From the NCBI GenBank assembly GCA_963978095.1, contig CAXBQP010000032.1, positions 1-36,492 of the forward strand: DNA of 36,492 bases. Direction: 5' to 3'. The translations under genes and the position numbers were made by a program. This document shows positions 1 to 9,374 of this stretch, piece after piece. The notes beneath the pieces are model-generated. The model searched no databases. It was not told the DNA's origin and saw only the letters and a program-made list of their open reading frames with translations. Origin of the DNA: an uncultured bacterium. GTDB lineage: Bacteria; Gemmatimonadota; Gemmatimonadetes; Gemmatimonadales; Gemmatimonadaceae. How positions within the stretch are numbered: the first letter of the stretch is position 1; each line of letters starts with the position of its first letter.

Positions 1-1196
1 GGACCCGACGTCACGCCAACCCGCATCAGATCCTCGCCAGTCACCGCGAGGTCACCCACTTCCACCGGCTCATGAAAGGCGGCATTGCCCGCCATCGCCC
101 GGAGCTCGACCAACCGCTGCGACACCGCTTCGCGCGGCTCCTGTGCCAGCCGGGCGTGCCAACGTGCCGAGACCAGCCCGAAGAATGACATGGACCGCAT
201 CCGCCCCACCGCCGCGACCCATCGCCGTACCTCTGCGGCGGTGGGCACCCGCTCGGCCAGTACGGCGTCCACGGTGCCGCCGATCTCACGTTCCGACTTT
301 GCCAACGCGGTGATCCACCCCTGCTGGGCATTCGAGCACTTGAGTGCGCCAAGCGCAGGGCGGACCGCTGCAGGGTCGGTCCCGAAGAACAGCATCGCGA
401 GCCGGTCGAGCGTCCGACCCGGCTCCTCGTCCCCCTCACCCCGCGGGAGGAAATCCAGCGCCTCGAAGCGATCATCCGGGGCATCGGCAATCACCGGCAA
501 CAACGTCCGTAGGGCTCCCGACTCCCGCCACCAGCGCATCGAGACGCTGGGCTTTTCCACCTGTTGCATCGTCTTGACGAGTTCCTGCTGCACGCGCTCC
601 CCGGAAAGACTCCCAAGATGGGGGGCGCTGGACACGATCGCGCGCCAGGTCGCGGGCTCAATATGAAATCCGAATCGCCCGGCGAATCGGATGCCGCGCA
701 GCGCGCGCAACCGGTCCTCGCGCATCCGTTGCACCGGCTCGCCGACCGCGCGCACGAGCCCCCGTTTGAGATCGAGTTGCCCATCAAAGGGATCGCGCAG
801 TTCCTCCCGCTGGGGGTGGTACGCGATGGCGTTGATGGTGAAATCACGACGCGCCAGATCGTCGTCGAGCGACGCCCCGAAGGCGACTTCGGCGTGCCGT
901 CCGTCGGTCTTCACATCGCGTCGAAACGTGGTGACTTCGTGCAGGGTGCCGGCCTCGTCGAGCACGCCGACGGTGCCGAAGGCGACCCCGACCGGCACGG
1001 TGCGCTTGAAGACGTTCATCACCTGCGACGGAGTCGCGGCGGTCGCGAGGTCCCAGTCGAGATGCGCCTGTCCGAGGAGCGCATCCCTGACCGCGCCCCC
1101 GACGCACCACGTCTCGTACCCGGCACGCTCGAGTCGCGCGACGATCTCGCGAACGGAAGCCGGGGGATCAAGACGTCGGCGGAGCCCGTCGCTCAC
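1..1196 (-). CDS. cca: CCA tRNA nucleotidyltransferase (class II), 3' end beyond the window
   Basis: Translated by hand (absent from the ORF track because there is no stop in the window). Motifs: VGGAVRDALLG..DWD, EVTTFRRD..DGRH, LARRDFTINA, EDRLRALRGIRFA, SGERVQQELVK, C-terminal LAVTGEDLM..G. GTG start overlaps the upstream TGA (GTGA). Confidence 0.93.
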   Translation of the reverse strand, partial: MSDGLRRRLDPPASVREIVARLERAGYETWCVGGAVRDALLGQAHLDWDLATAATPSQVMNVFKRTVPVGVAFGTVGVLDEAGTLHEVTTFRRDVKTDGRHAEVAFGASLDDDLARRDFTINAIAYHPQREELRDPFDGQLDLKRGLVRAVGEPVQRMREDRLRALRGIRFAGRFGFHIEPATWRAIVSSAPHLGSLSGERVQQELVKTMQQVEKPSVSMRWWRESGALRTLLPVIADAPDDRFEALDFLPRGEGDEEPGRTLDRLAMLFFGTDPAAVRPALGALKCSNAQQGWITALAKSEREIGGTVDAVLAERVPTAAEVRRWVAAVGRMRSMSFFGLVSARWHARLAQEPREAVSQRLVELRAMAGNAAFHEPVEVGDLAVTGEDLMRVGVTSG

Positions 1197-2095
1197 AGCG
1201 TGCGGAGCCCCTCCTCCAAGCTCACGCGCGGACTCCATCCTGGAAGCACGACGCCTTGCGTCCACGGGTCGAGCATCTCCCGCGCACGCACTGCACGCGC
1301 GCCCCAATCAGCGGCAATGGCGGTTCCCCGCGCGGCCTCCCACGCGGCAAAGAGCGCACGCACCTCTTGGGTGGCACCGGAACGCACGGCGAAGATCTCG
1401 TGTCCTGGCGATGTCGCACCCTGCGTGCGCGCGGCCGCCACGCGAATCGCGGACACGGCATCATCGACATGGACGAAATCCATGGGCACGGAGGCGGGTA
1501 CCATCGCCATCGTGGTACCGCCCCGTTCAGCCGCTAGCATGAATGGAATCAGCTTCCGGCGCGTGTCGCCCGGCCCGTAGGTGTCCGTGAGCTCGATCGT
1601 CACCGCACGCATCCCGTGCGCCTCGACCCAGTAGGTCAGGAGGCTCACGAATGCCTGCTTGGTCGCTGCGTAGAGGCAGGTCGGCGAGAACTCGCGGTCC
1701 TCGTAGTGCTGCCACGCTGATCCGACATTGACGAGCCGCGAGACACCGGACGCCCCCATCGCCTCGAGCAACTGTGCGCCGAAGAGCACGTTGTCCCGCA
1801 CCAACGGCTCCACCTGATCCGACCGGTGCTCGGCGATGAAGTTCGAGGCCAGGTGTGCAACGACCGTGGGCCGTGCCGCCGCCACGATGGCCATCAGCCC
1901 TTCCGTCGACCCGTCGTGTTGATGCGGGGTGGTCAAAACGCCCAACGCCTGCACGGCGGGATCGTCCGACGAACGACGCACAACCGAGTGGACCTCAACA
2001 CCATCCGCCGCCAGCGCTCGCACCAGCGCCCCACCGACGAAGCCGGTGGCACCGGTCACGAGCCAACGATCACCCACAGAGGACGCTTCCGCCAT
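1193..2095 (-). CDS. NAD-dependent epimerase/dehydratase (extended SDR, resembles CDP-dideoxyhexose synthase-like enzymes)
   Basis: VTGATGFVG nucleotide-binding motif and YAATK catalytic YxxxK. Start may be slightly downstream of 2095. Confidence 0.85.
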   Translation of the reverse strand: MAEASSVGDRWLVTGATGFVGGALVRALAADGVEVHSVVRRSSDDPAVQALGVLTTPHQHDGSTEGLMAIVAAARPTVVAHLASNFIAEHRSDQVEPLVRDNVLFGAQLLEAMGASGVSRLVNVGSAWQHYEDREFSPTCLYAATKQAFVSLLTYWVEAHGMRAVTIELTDTYGPGDTRRKLIPFMLAAERGGTTMAMVPASVPMDFVHVDDAVSAIRVAAARTQGATSPGHEIFAVRSGATQEVRALFAAWEAARGTAIAADWGARAVRAREMLDPWTQGVVLPGWSPRVSLEEGLRTL

Positions 2096-2834
2096 TCACG
2101 TTGACGATCTCTCCGGTGACGTGGCGCGCCCCCGGGAGGCACAAGCACACGGCTGGAAACGCGACATCGTACGCCGAGGCAATCCGCCCCACAGGGATCC
2201 CCTTCGCGATCCGCTCCTTGCCGCCGTCCGCGAAAGGGACGACGCACATCTCCGTGTCCACCCACCCCGGAGCCACGGCGTTCACGGTGATCCCCTGCCC
2301 CGCGACCTCCACGGCGAGCGACTTTACGAAGGAGATCATCGCTCCCTTGCTCGCGCCGTAGTCCGCATGCATGGACTCCCCGCGCTGGCCGGCGGTGCTC
2401 GACACGAACACCATGCGCCCGCCGCTCCCCATCACGCGCACCGCCGCGCGCGCCACGAAGAACATCGCGTCCACATTCTCCCGCATCGTGCGCGCCCAGC
2501 GGGCATCGTCGAGCGTTGCAACGGGCACTTCCTCCACGGGCCAGATGCCCGCCGAATGGATGAGGATGTCCACGCCTCCAAGCGCATCCACGGCGTGCGT
2601 GACCAGCGCGCCGGCTCCCGCCGGCGAGGTCAGATCGCTCGCGCAGGAAGTGGCCTTCACCCCGAACGCGGCGCATTCCGCCACGGCGACATCAGCGTCC
2701 GCCTTCCGCGAGTGGTAGCCGATGCAGACGTCGGCACCGGCCTCGGCGAGCAACCGACTGGCCGCTCCACCGATCCCGCGCGATCCGCCGGTGACGACGG
2801 CACGCCGTCCCTTCAGTGAGAAAGCACGACTCAC
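2070..2834 (-). CDS. Classical SDR oxidoreductase (FabG-like)
   Basis: TGGSRGIG, SSTAG, YGASK, VNAVAPGWVDTEM, VTGEIVNVNGG. Confidence 0.9.
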   Translation of the reverse strand: MSRAFSLKGRRAVVTGGSRGIGGAASRLLAEAGADVCIGYHSRKADADVAVAECAAFGVKATSCASDLTSPAGAGALVTHAVDALGGVDILIHSAGIWPVEEVPVATLDDARWARTMRENVDAMFFVARAAVRVMGSGGRMVFVSSTAGQRGESMHADYGASKGAMISFVKSLAVEVAGQGITVNAVAPGWVDTEMCVVPFADGGKERIAKGIPVGRIASAYDVAFPAVCLCLPGARHVTGEIVNVNGGSVLCG

Positions 2835-3400
2835 GAACCGATCTCCTCGTCCACGACATCACAGATGGCGTGTTGAATGTTCAGATGAATTTCCTGCGCG
2901 CGATCCGTGCGATCCGTGGGGACCACGATGCACAGGTCCGCAAGTTGCTTCATATCGCCCCCGTCGCGCGCGGTCAGGCAGATGGTGGTGATGCCCATCG
3001 CCTTCGCGGTGCGCGCCACATGGATGCAGTTCGGCGACGTTCCACTGGTGGTGTGGATCATGAGCAGGTCGCCCGCACGCCCGAGCGCTTCGAGCTGCCG
3101 CGAGAATACCGCCTCATACCCGAAATCATTGGCGTGGGCTGTGAGAATCGAGGTGTCCGTGGTCAGCGCAATGGATCGCAGCGCTCTGCGGTTCTTGCGG
3201 TACCGCACGACATACTCGGCCGCCATGTGCTGGGCATCAGCGGCGCTTCCACCATTCCCACAGAAGAAGATCGTCCCGCCCTGCCTCAGCGTCGCGACCG
3301 TGCGACGCGCCGCCTCAGTGATCTGTGGGCGCAACGCACTCGCGCTTCGAGCCGCCGTCGCCGCAAGATCGTCGAGGTGCGCTACCGGATCAATCGCCAT
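2831..3400 (-). CDS. gmhA: D-sedoheptulose 7-phosphate isomerase (SIS domain)
   Basis: FCGNGGSAADAQHMAAE, ANDFGYEAVFSRQLEA, TSGTSPN, QEIH motifs. Confidence 0.9.
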   Translation of the reverse strand: MAIDPVAHLDDLAATAARSASALRPQITEAARRTVATLRQGGTIFFCGNGGSAADAQHMAAEYVVRYRKNRRALRSIALTTDTSILTAHANDFGYEAVFSRQLEALGRAGDLLMIHTTSGTSPNCIHVARTAKAMGITTICLTARDGGDMKQLADLCIVVPTDRTDRAQEIHLNIQHAICDVVDEEIGS

Positions 3401-3427
3401 GCGTGGGACTCCGTCTACGGTGAACGA

Positions 3428-3742
3428 TCAAGGACGCGCAATCAGGGTGGATAAGCGAAGCTGGGTCGCGGCAGCGCGTGCCCCCAACGTCTCCGGTTCA
3501 TCGGCTGCGGCCTCGAACGCGAACGTGATGCACGCATCCGCGGCCAACAAATCCAGTGCCACGGGACGCGAGGCCTCGCTTTCGAGCACGCGGCGCGAGA
3601 GCCACTCCGCCGCGTTCGTGAACGCCTCCACACGCGACAGCGACTCCCACTCGGGGTGCGCGGCAAAGATGTCCCGCAGTCGCTGCACCAGCGCCGGCGG
3701 CGCTTCCCCCGAGCGTTCGGCCGCCCAACGCGCGTGCGTCAC
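3428..3742 (-). CDS. Hypothetical protein (104 aa)
   Basis: GTGA overlap with the alaS stop, fills the alaS-gmhA gap, helical protein-like composition (ALDLLAADACITFAFEAAADEP). Confidence 0.7.
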   Translation of the reverse strand: MTHARWAAERSGEAPPALVQRLRDIFAAHPEWESLSRVEAFTNAAEWLSRRVLESEASRPVALDLLAADACITFAFEAAADEPETLGARAAATQLRLSTLIARP

Positions 3743-6471
3743 GCGACCCCCACAAGCATGGCGGTGATGATCTCGCGCGCTGCATCGAGGGTGGGCTTCA
3801 GCGCGTCATGAGCGACACCCGCCTGCGCCAGGTGCGGCTTGCCGCCGCCGCGAATCCCCGTCTTGGCGCCCACCGCCTTTACGAGATCACCGGCCGCGAT
3901 TCCTTTCGTGCGGAGCGCGTCGCTCACGACGACGACCATGGCCGCCTTCCCGTCCTCGAATGACGCCCCGAGCACGCCAACACCGCTGCCGATGCCGTCC
4001 CGTACCCCGTCGCCGATCGCCTGCAGCTCCTTCACATCCAGAGCCGAGACGGTCGCCACCAGCAGCTTATGCGCGGCCACGTCCGCGGCCTGCGCGAGCA
4101 GCCCGCCACCCGACGCATCGCCCCCACCGGAGCGTCGCAAATCGGCGACCTGCTTCTCAAGCGTCTTCTTCTCGGCGAGGAGCAAGTCGAGACGCTTCTC
4201 CAGCACCTCTTGAGTGACGGCATGCAGATTGACCTTCAGCCGCCCGGCCACGGACTCGAGCGTCCGCTCACGCGCGTGCATCAGCTCGAACGCTCTCGGC
4301 CCCGTGACCGCGACCACGCGCCGGACTCCCGCCGAGACGCCATTCTCCGAGACGATCCGGAAGAGCGCAATCAATCCGGTGTTGCGCACATGACATCCAC
4401 CGCAGAGCTCCGTCGATAGCGCCGGAATGTCCACCACGCGCACGACATCGCCGTACTTCTCCCCGAAGAGGGCCATCGCTCCGGCAGCGACCGCATCGGC
4501 GTACGCACGCTCCGTGATCGTGACATCCACATTCTGCCAGATCGCCTGGTTCACCCAGCGCTCCACCTGATCGAGCTGGTCCGGCGTCATGGGCCCGTGG
4601 TGGGTGAAGTCGAAGCGCAGGCGGTCGGGCTCGACGACCGATCCCGCCTGATGCACATGTTCGCCCAGCACCTTGCGCAGCGCCGCGTGCAGCAAGTGCG
4701 TTGCGGTGTGATTGCGCTCCGTGTCCCGGCGGCGAAGCGCCGGCACACGCGCGGTGGCCGTGCCGAAATCCACGGATCCGTGCACGAGGCCGATGGCGGC
4801 AATCCGTCCATCGAACTTCTTCACATCATCGACGTCGATCCTCCAGCCGTCGCCCTCGATGGTACCATGGTCGGACACCTGTCCCCCCGACTCCGCGTAG
4901 AACGGCGTGTCTTCGAGTATCACCGCTGTCCGCCCTTCGCCAAGGTGCCGCAGGGCGGCCACCCTCGTGGTGCACTCAACCGCGTCGTAACCGATAAAGG
5001 TCTGCGCGGCCGATGAGTCAGCAGCGCGCAGCCACTTGTCGTCATCACCGAAGTCATCGGCGACCACGGAGATCTTCCGCGATTTACGCTCGTCTTGCGA
5101 CAACTTGCGCTGCGCGCCGAGCGCGGCGTCGAAGCCCGCAGTGTCCACGAGATAGCCGCGCTCGTGCGCCATCAACTCCGTGAGATCGACCGGGAAACCG
5201 AAGGTGTCGTACAGGCGGAACACGTCCTCGCCGGAGATGGTGCCGCGAATCTCGGAGCTGCCCTGGGTGGACGCCGTGGGGGCGAGTTCGTCGAATCGCG
5301 CCATCCCGCCGTCGATGGTCGCCAGGAAACGCTCCTCTTCGGCGCGGGTGGTATCGATGATGTGTTTGTGCCGGACGTGCAGCTCGGGATACACGTCGCG
5401 CATCTCGTCGATGACCTTCTGCACGACGTAGACGAGGGTCGGTTCGCGGCGCCCGAGGAGCCAGGCATGGCGGACCGCGCGGCGCAAGATTCGGCGCAGC
5501 ACGTAACCGCGCCCTTCGTTCGAGGGGAACACACCGTCGGCCAGGAGGAAGGCGGTGGCCCGTGCATGGTCGGCGAGCACACGATAGCTGGCCGAATCCT
5601 CGCGGGCGTACTCGTATGGCTTTCCGACGATGGCGCCCACGGTCTCGAGCATCCCGGCGAAGAGATCGCAGTGGAAATTGTTCGACACCCCCTGCATCAC
5701 GGCCGCGATCCGTTCGAGGCCAGCGCCGGTGTCCACGCTGGGCTTCGGCAGCGGCTGCAGCACACCATCCGGCTGACGGTCGAACTGCATGAACACGAGG
5801 TTCCAGATTTCCAGGAAGCGTCCGGCTTCGGCGCCTTGGACGAAGGCATCCTGGGAGTAATCCGTGATGCTGGTGTCGGTCCACTCGCCGGTCGCCCCTG
5901 CGGGGAAGGCGAAGTCCTTGGTCAGGTGCGCCAAATCGACGTAGATCTCGGTGCACGGTCCGCAGGGGCCGGTATCGGCCATCTGCCAGAAGTTGTCGGC
6001 GTGGCCGAGTCCATAGATGCGTGACTCGGGTATACCGGTTACTTCGCGCCAGAGCGCGCGCGCTTCATCGTCTTCGTAGAACACGGTGACGCGCAGGTGC
6101 TCTTTGGGGATCTGCAGCTCTTCGGTGATGAACTCCCACGCGAACTTGATGGCATCGCGCTTGAAGTAGTCGCCGAATGAGAAGTTGCCGAGCATCTCGA
6201 AAAAGGTGTGATGCCGGGCAGTGTGCCCCACCTGCTCGAGGTCATTGTGCTTGCCACCGGCGCGCACGCACTTCTGGCTGGTGGTGGCGCGCCGCTTTCC
6301 TTCCGGCGGCTCTTCCATTCCGAGGAAAACCTTCTTGAACTGGACCATGCCGGCGTTGGTGAAGAGCAACGTCGGGTCGGTCCCCGGAACGAGGGAAGAG
6401 CTCTCGCGAATCGCGTGCCCCTGGCGCGCGAAATAGTCGAGAAAACGGCGGCGGATCTCGGTGGCTCGCAT
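3739..6471 (-). CDS. alaS: Alanine--tRNA ligase
   Basis: DPTLLFTNAGMVQFK, HHTFFEMLGNFSFGDYFK, DTGAGLERI, editing motifs HTATHLLH and ELCGGCH, C-terminal GGGKPHLAQAG. Confidence 0.99.
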   Translation of the reverse strand: MRATEIRRRFLDYFARQGHAIRESSSLVPGTDPTLLFTNAGMVQFKKVFLGMEEPPEGKRRATTSQKCVRAGGKHNDLEQVGHTARHHTFFEMLGNFSFGDYFKRDAIKFAWEFITEELQIPKEHLRVTVFYEDDEARALWREVTGIPESRIYGLGHADNFWQMADTGPCGPCTEIYVDLAHLTKDFAFPAGATGEWTDTSITDYSQDAFVQGAEAGRFLEIWNLVFMQFDRQPDGVLQPLPKPSVDTGAGLERIAAVMQGVSNNFHCDLFAGMLETVGAIVGKPYEYAREDSASYRVLADHARATAFLLADGVFPSNEGRGYVLRRILRRAVRHAWLLGRREPTLVYVVQKVIDEMRDVYPELHVRHKHIIDTTRAEEERFLATIDGGMARFDELAPTASTQGSSEIRGTISGEDVFRLYDTFGFPVDLTELMAHERGYLVDTAGFDAALGAQRKLSQDERKSRKISVVADDFGDDDKWLRAADSSAAQTFIGYDAVECTTRVAALRHLGEGRTAVILEDTPFYAESGGQVSDHGTIEGDGWRIDVDDVKKFDGRIAAIGLVHGSVDFGTATARVPALRRRDTERNHTATHLLHAALRKVLGEHVHQAGSVVEPDRLRFDFTHHGPMTPDQLDQVERWVNQAIWQNVDVTITERAYADAVAAGAMALFGEKYGDVVRVVDIPALSTELCGGCHVRNTGLIALFRIVSENGVSAGVRRVVAVTGPRAFELMHARERTLESVAGRLKVNLHAVTQEVLEKRLDLLLAEKKTLEKQVADLRRSGGGDASGGGLLAQAADVAAHKLLVATVSALDVKELQAIGDGVRDGIGSGVGVLGASFEDGKAAMVVVVSDALRTKGIAAGDLVKAVGAKTGIRGGGKPHLAQAGVAHDALKPTLDAAREIITAMLVGVA

Positions 6472-6480
6472 AGTTATGGA

Positions 6481-6486
6481 AATCTA
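6481..6486 (-). promoter_or_regulatory. Candidate -10 element (TAGATT) 9 nt upstream of the alaS ATG
   Basis: Minus strand reads TAGATT-tccataact-ATG with no Shine-Dalgarno sequence. Confidence 0.45.
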
Positions 6487-6617
6487 ATCACCACAGGGGG
6501 TTGCGAGCAGGGGCTCCCCGTGAAGCAGACGGTGGACCCAAGCGGACGATTAAATTTTCCACGCGTGAGTCGGACAAACTCGCTCCTTCTTCCCAAACGC
6601 GTGCCAGCGCGTACCTT

Positions 6618-6646
6618 TTGCGTGGCAACGCGATCGTCGACAGAAT
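6618..6646 (+). promoter_or_regulatory. Candidate sigma70 promoter for the GNAT gene
   Basis: TTGCGT-N17-CAGAAT. Confidence 0.35.
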
Positions 6647-6707
6647 CAACCACTGTGTGTGTCGGTCGTTCGCATCCCGGCCGATCACCAGTACCCCCGG
6701 GAGGCCG

Positions 6708-7238
6708 TTGAACCGATTCGTATGTTTTGATCGCGCGCGTCACCTGACCGCCGGACAGGTGGACGGTGCGTCGCAGGTGGCCACGCTGTCGCGAGCTCGT
6801 CTCAGTTCTGCACGGGACGTTTTCCACTGGCTCGTGCTCAACTGGCGACGGTTATCCAACCTGCGTGCGGCAGTCCTGAGACCATCGGCGTTCCGATACT
6901 TCCACATCGTTCGGGACTCACGCATCGTGGGAACGCTGCTGCTGTTCATCCCTGCGCGATATCGCAATGGCGTTCGGCGTGAGCACGTGGAAATCAGCTT
7001 TCAGGTGATTCCGGAGGCGCGGGGCGCCGGCGTCGGTTTGGCCGCCGTGACGCTGGCCATTGACCATGTCAACCGAACGCTCCTCCTCGACGTCTATGCG
7101 CTTGTGCGTGAGACAAACGGCGGATCAATCGCCACGTGCCAACACCTGTTCAAGCGCCGTGCCGCGTTCACGCGCCGAGGCATTGGTCCATTCGCGTCCT
7201 TCAGCCAGACCGAGCGCGCCGACGCGCCGGAGCTCTAG
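6708..7238 (+). CDS. Divergent GNAT-family N-acetyltransferase (RimJ/RimL-like)
   Basis: EISFQVIPEARGAGVG (acetyl-CoA motif A) and ALVRETNGGSIA (motif B). Start uncertain: TTG at 6708 follows GGAGG closely, and the frame is open from 6501. Confidence 0.65.
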   Translation: MNRFVCFDRARHLTAGQVDGASQVATLSRARLSSARDVFHWLVLNWRRLSNLRAAVLRPSAFRYFHIVRDSRIVGTLLLFIPARYRNGVRREHVEISFQVIPEARGAGVGLAAVTLAIDHVNRTLLLDVYALVRETNGGSIATCQHLFKRRAAFTRRGIGPFASFSQTERADAPEL

Positions 7239-7255
7239 GTCGGCAAAAAGCCGAC
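7239..7255. terminator. Small hairpin between the convergent GNAT and recX genes
   Basis: GTCGGC-AAAAA-GCCGAC, 6-bp stem, no clear U-tract. Confidence 0.3.
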
Positions 7256-7268
7256 AGAACAACAGGCG

Positions 7269-8078
7269 CTACCTTGCGCCGTCGTGGCCGGGGGCCAAGA
7301 CGCGCTTCACGACATTGCGGACGACCTCCGTTCCAAACCCTCTCCGCAGCAAAAACCCCATCAGCCGACGCCGAGCCACGGCTGGATCGAGCTTGGCCAG
7401 GCTCCGCGCGCGCCGCTCCGCCACCGCCTCGAGCGCCCCGCGCTCGTCGAACGCCTCTTCCTCGCCGGCCTCGCGCATAACGCGGTCCACGATCTCGCGC
7501 GCCACCCCGCGCCTCGCCAGTTCCATGGCGATCCGCCGGCGACTCATCCGCCCTGCGGCCATGCGCGCGCGCGCGAACGTGCGCGCATACGACTCGTCAT
7601 CCAGGAAACCGAGCTCGACGAGTCGGTCGAGGGCACTCCGGATATCAGGGGCGGCATGCTTCCGCTTCACAAGCCAGCGCTCCAGCTCCCGACGACTCCG
7701 CCCCCGCAACGCGAGCGCCGCAGTGGCTGCATCGTATGTCGCCAACGCCCCGGCGCTCGACAGCAGTTGCTCGCCGATCGCCGGAGTGACCTCAAGCCCG
7801 ACCTTGAGCATGAACCGCTGCACCAGCGCCGCATCGACCAGGACCGACTGCTGCGGCTTGCGCCCCTCGCCGAGTAACGCCTCCGGCGAGAGGGAGAGCA
7901 TCACGCGATACCGCCCGGGGTGCCGCGGGTGCTCCGTAATTCCCGAGACCCGCCCCGAAACGGGGCCATCAGACAACGAAAGAGGCCGAGTGGGGACTCT
8001 GGACGATTTGGAGGATTCCGGGCCTCCATCACGATCCAGCGTCACCCACTCGGCCTTTCTTCCGGCCTTCGGAAACAA
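7269..8078 (-). CDS. recX: Regulatory protein RecX
   Basis: ALALRGRSRRELERWL, LVELGFLDDESYAR, IAMELARRGV, RRLMGFLLRRGF. Directly downstream of recA. True start may be further downstream. Confidence 0.9.
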   Translation of the reverse strand: MFPKAGRKAEWVTLDRDGGPESSKSSRVPTRPLSLSDGPVSGRVSGITEHPRHPGRYRVMLSLSPEALLGEGRKPQQSVLVDAALVQRFMLKVGLEVTPAIGEQLLSSAGALATYDAATAALALRGRSRRELERWLVKRKHAAPDIRSALDRLVELGFLDDESYARTFARARMAAGRMSRRRIAMELARRGVAREIVDRVMREAGEEEAFDERGALEAVAERRARSLAKLDPAVARRRLMGFLLRRGFGTEVVRNVVKRVLAPGHDGAR

Positions 8079-8081
8079 CGG

Positions 8082-9125
<1,044 letters not shown>

Positions 9126-9170
9126 GGGGCCTCATCTGGAGTGCGGGGCGACGGCGCGCCCGTGAGAAGA

Positions 9171-9192
9171 AATCTACCGTCCGGAGCCGACA
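9171..9192 (-). promoter_or_regulatory. Proximal recA promoter matching the PafBC/RecA-NDp motif
   Basis: Minus strand TGTCGG-ctccggacgg-TAGATT is an exact TGTCGG-N10-TA-N3-T. The -10 ends 45 nt before the recA ATG. Confidence 0.6.
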
Positions 9193-9201
9193 GGGCTACT
9201 C

Positions 9202-9255
9202 CCGAACGAAGAGCGAAGAAACCACTGGTACTACAATACCGAACAAACTACGAAA
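9202..9255. promoter_or_regulatory. Two copies of a direct-repeat motif CCGAAC-N6-CGAA (candidate LexA/SOS-type operator)
   Basis: CCGAACgaagagCGAAG at 9202-9218 and CCGAACaaactaCGAAA at 9239-9255, each with 11-bp half-site periodicity. Confidence 0.5.
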
Positions 9256-9272
9256 GTACCGAAAAAGTGCAA
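9245..9272 (-). promoter_or_regulatory. Distal sigma70-like recA promoter
   Basis: Minus strand TTGCAC-N16-TAGTTT. Confidence 0.55.
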
Positions 9273-9305
9273 GAGCCAGTAGGCACACCGGCGTCACGCC
9301 TAAAG

Positions 9306-9374
9306 TTATCCACATGCCACTTTTCCACATTTTGATTTATATCTAATCCCTGCAACATCTTGCATTGTGGATAA
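9306..9374. promoter_or_regulatory. Cluster of three DnaA boxes with an AT-rich patch
   Basis: TTATCCACA 9306-9314, TTTTCCACA 9321-9329, TGTGGATAA 9366-9374. AT-rich ttttgatttatatctaat at 9330-9347. Confidence 0.8.

Noticed and set aside
6472..6700. T-box, riboswitch or other ncRNA upstream of alaS
   Set aside because: No T-box consensus or recognisable structured RNA, and the candidate -10 lies right next to the ATG. An Rfam scan was not possible.
7239..7256. Second TGTCGG (PafBC-like) site downstream of recX on the minus strand
   Set aside because: Not followed by TAnnnT at 10-nt spacing. It is one arm of a small hairpin.
9306..9374. Firm call as the chromosomal origin oriC
   Set aside because: Only three boxes, a short AT-rich patch, no dnaA/dnaN/gidA nearby and no switch in gene orientation. 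Kept only as a DnaA-box cluster.
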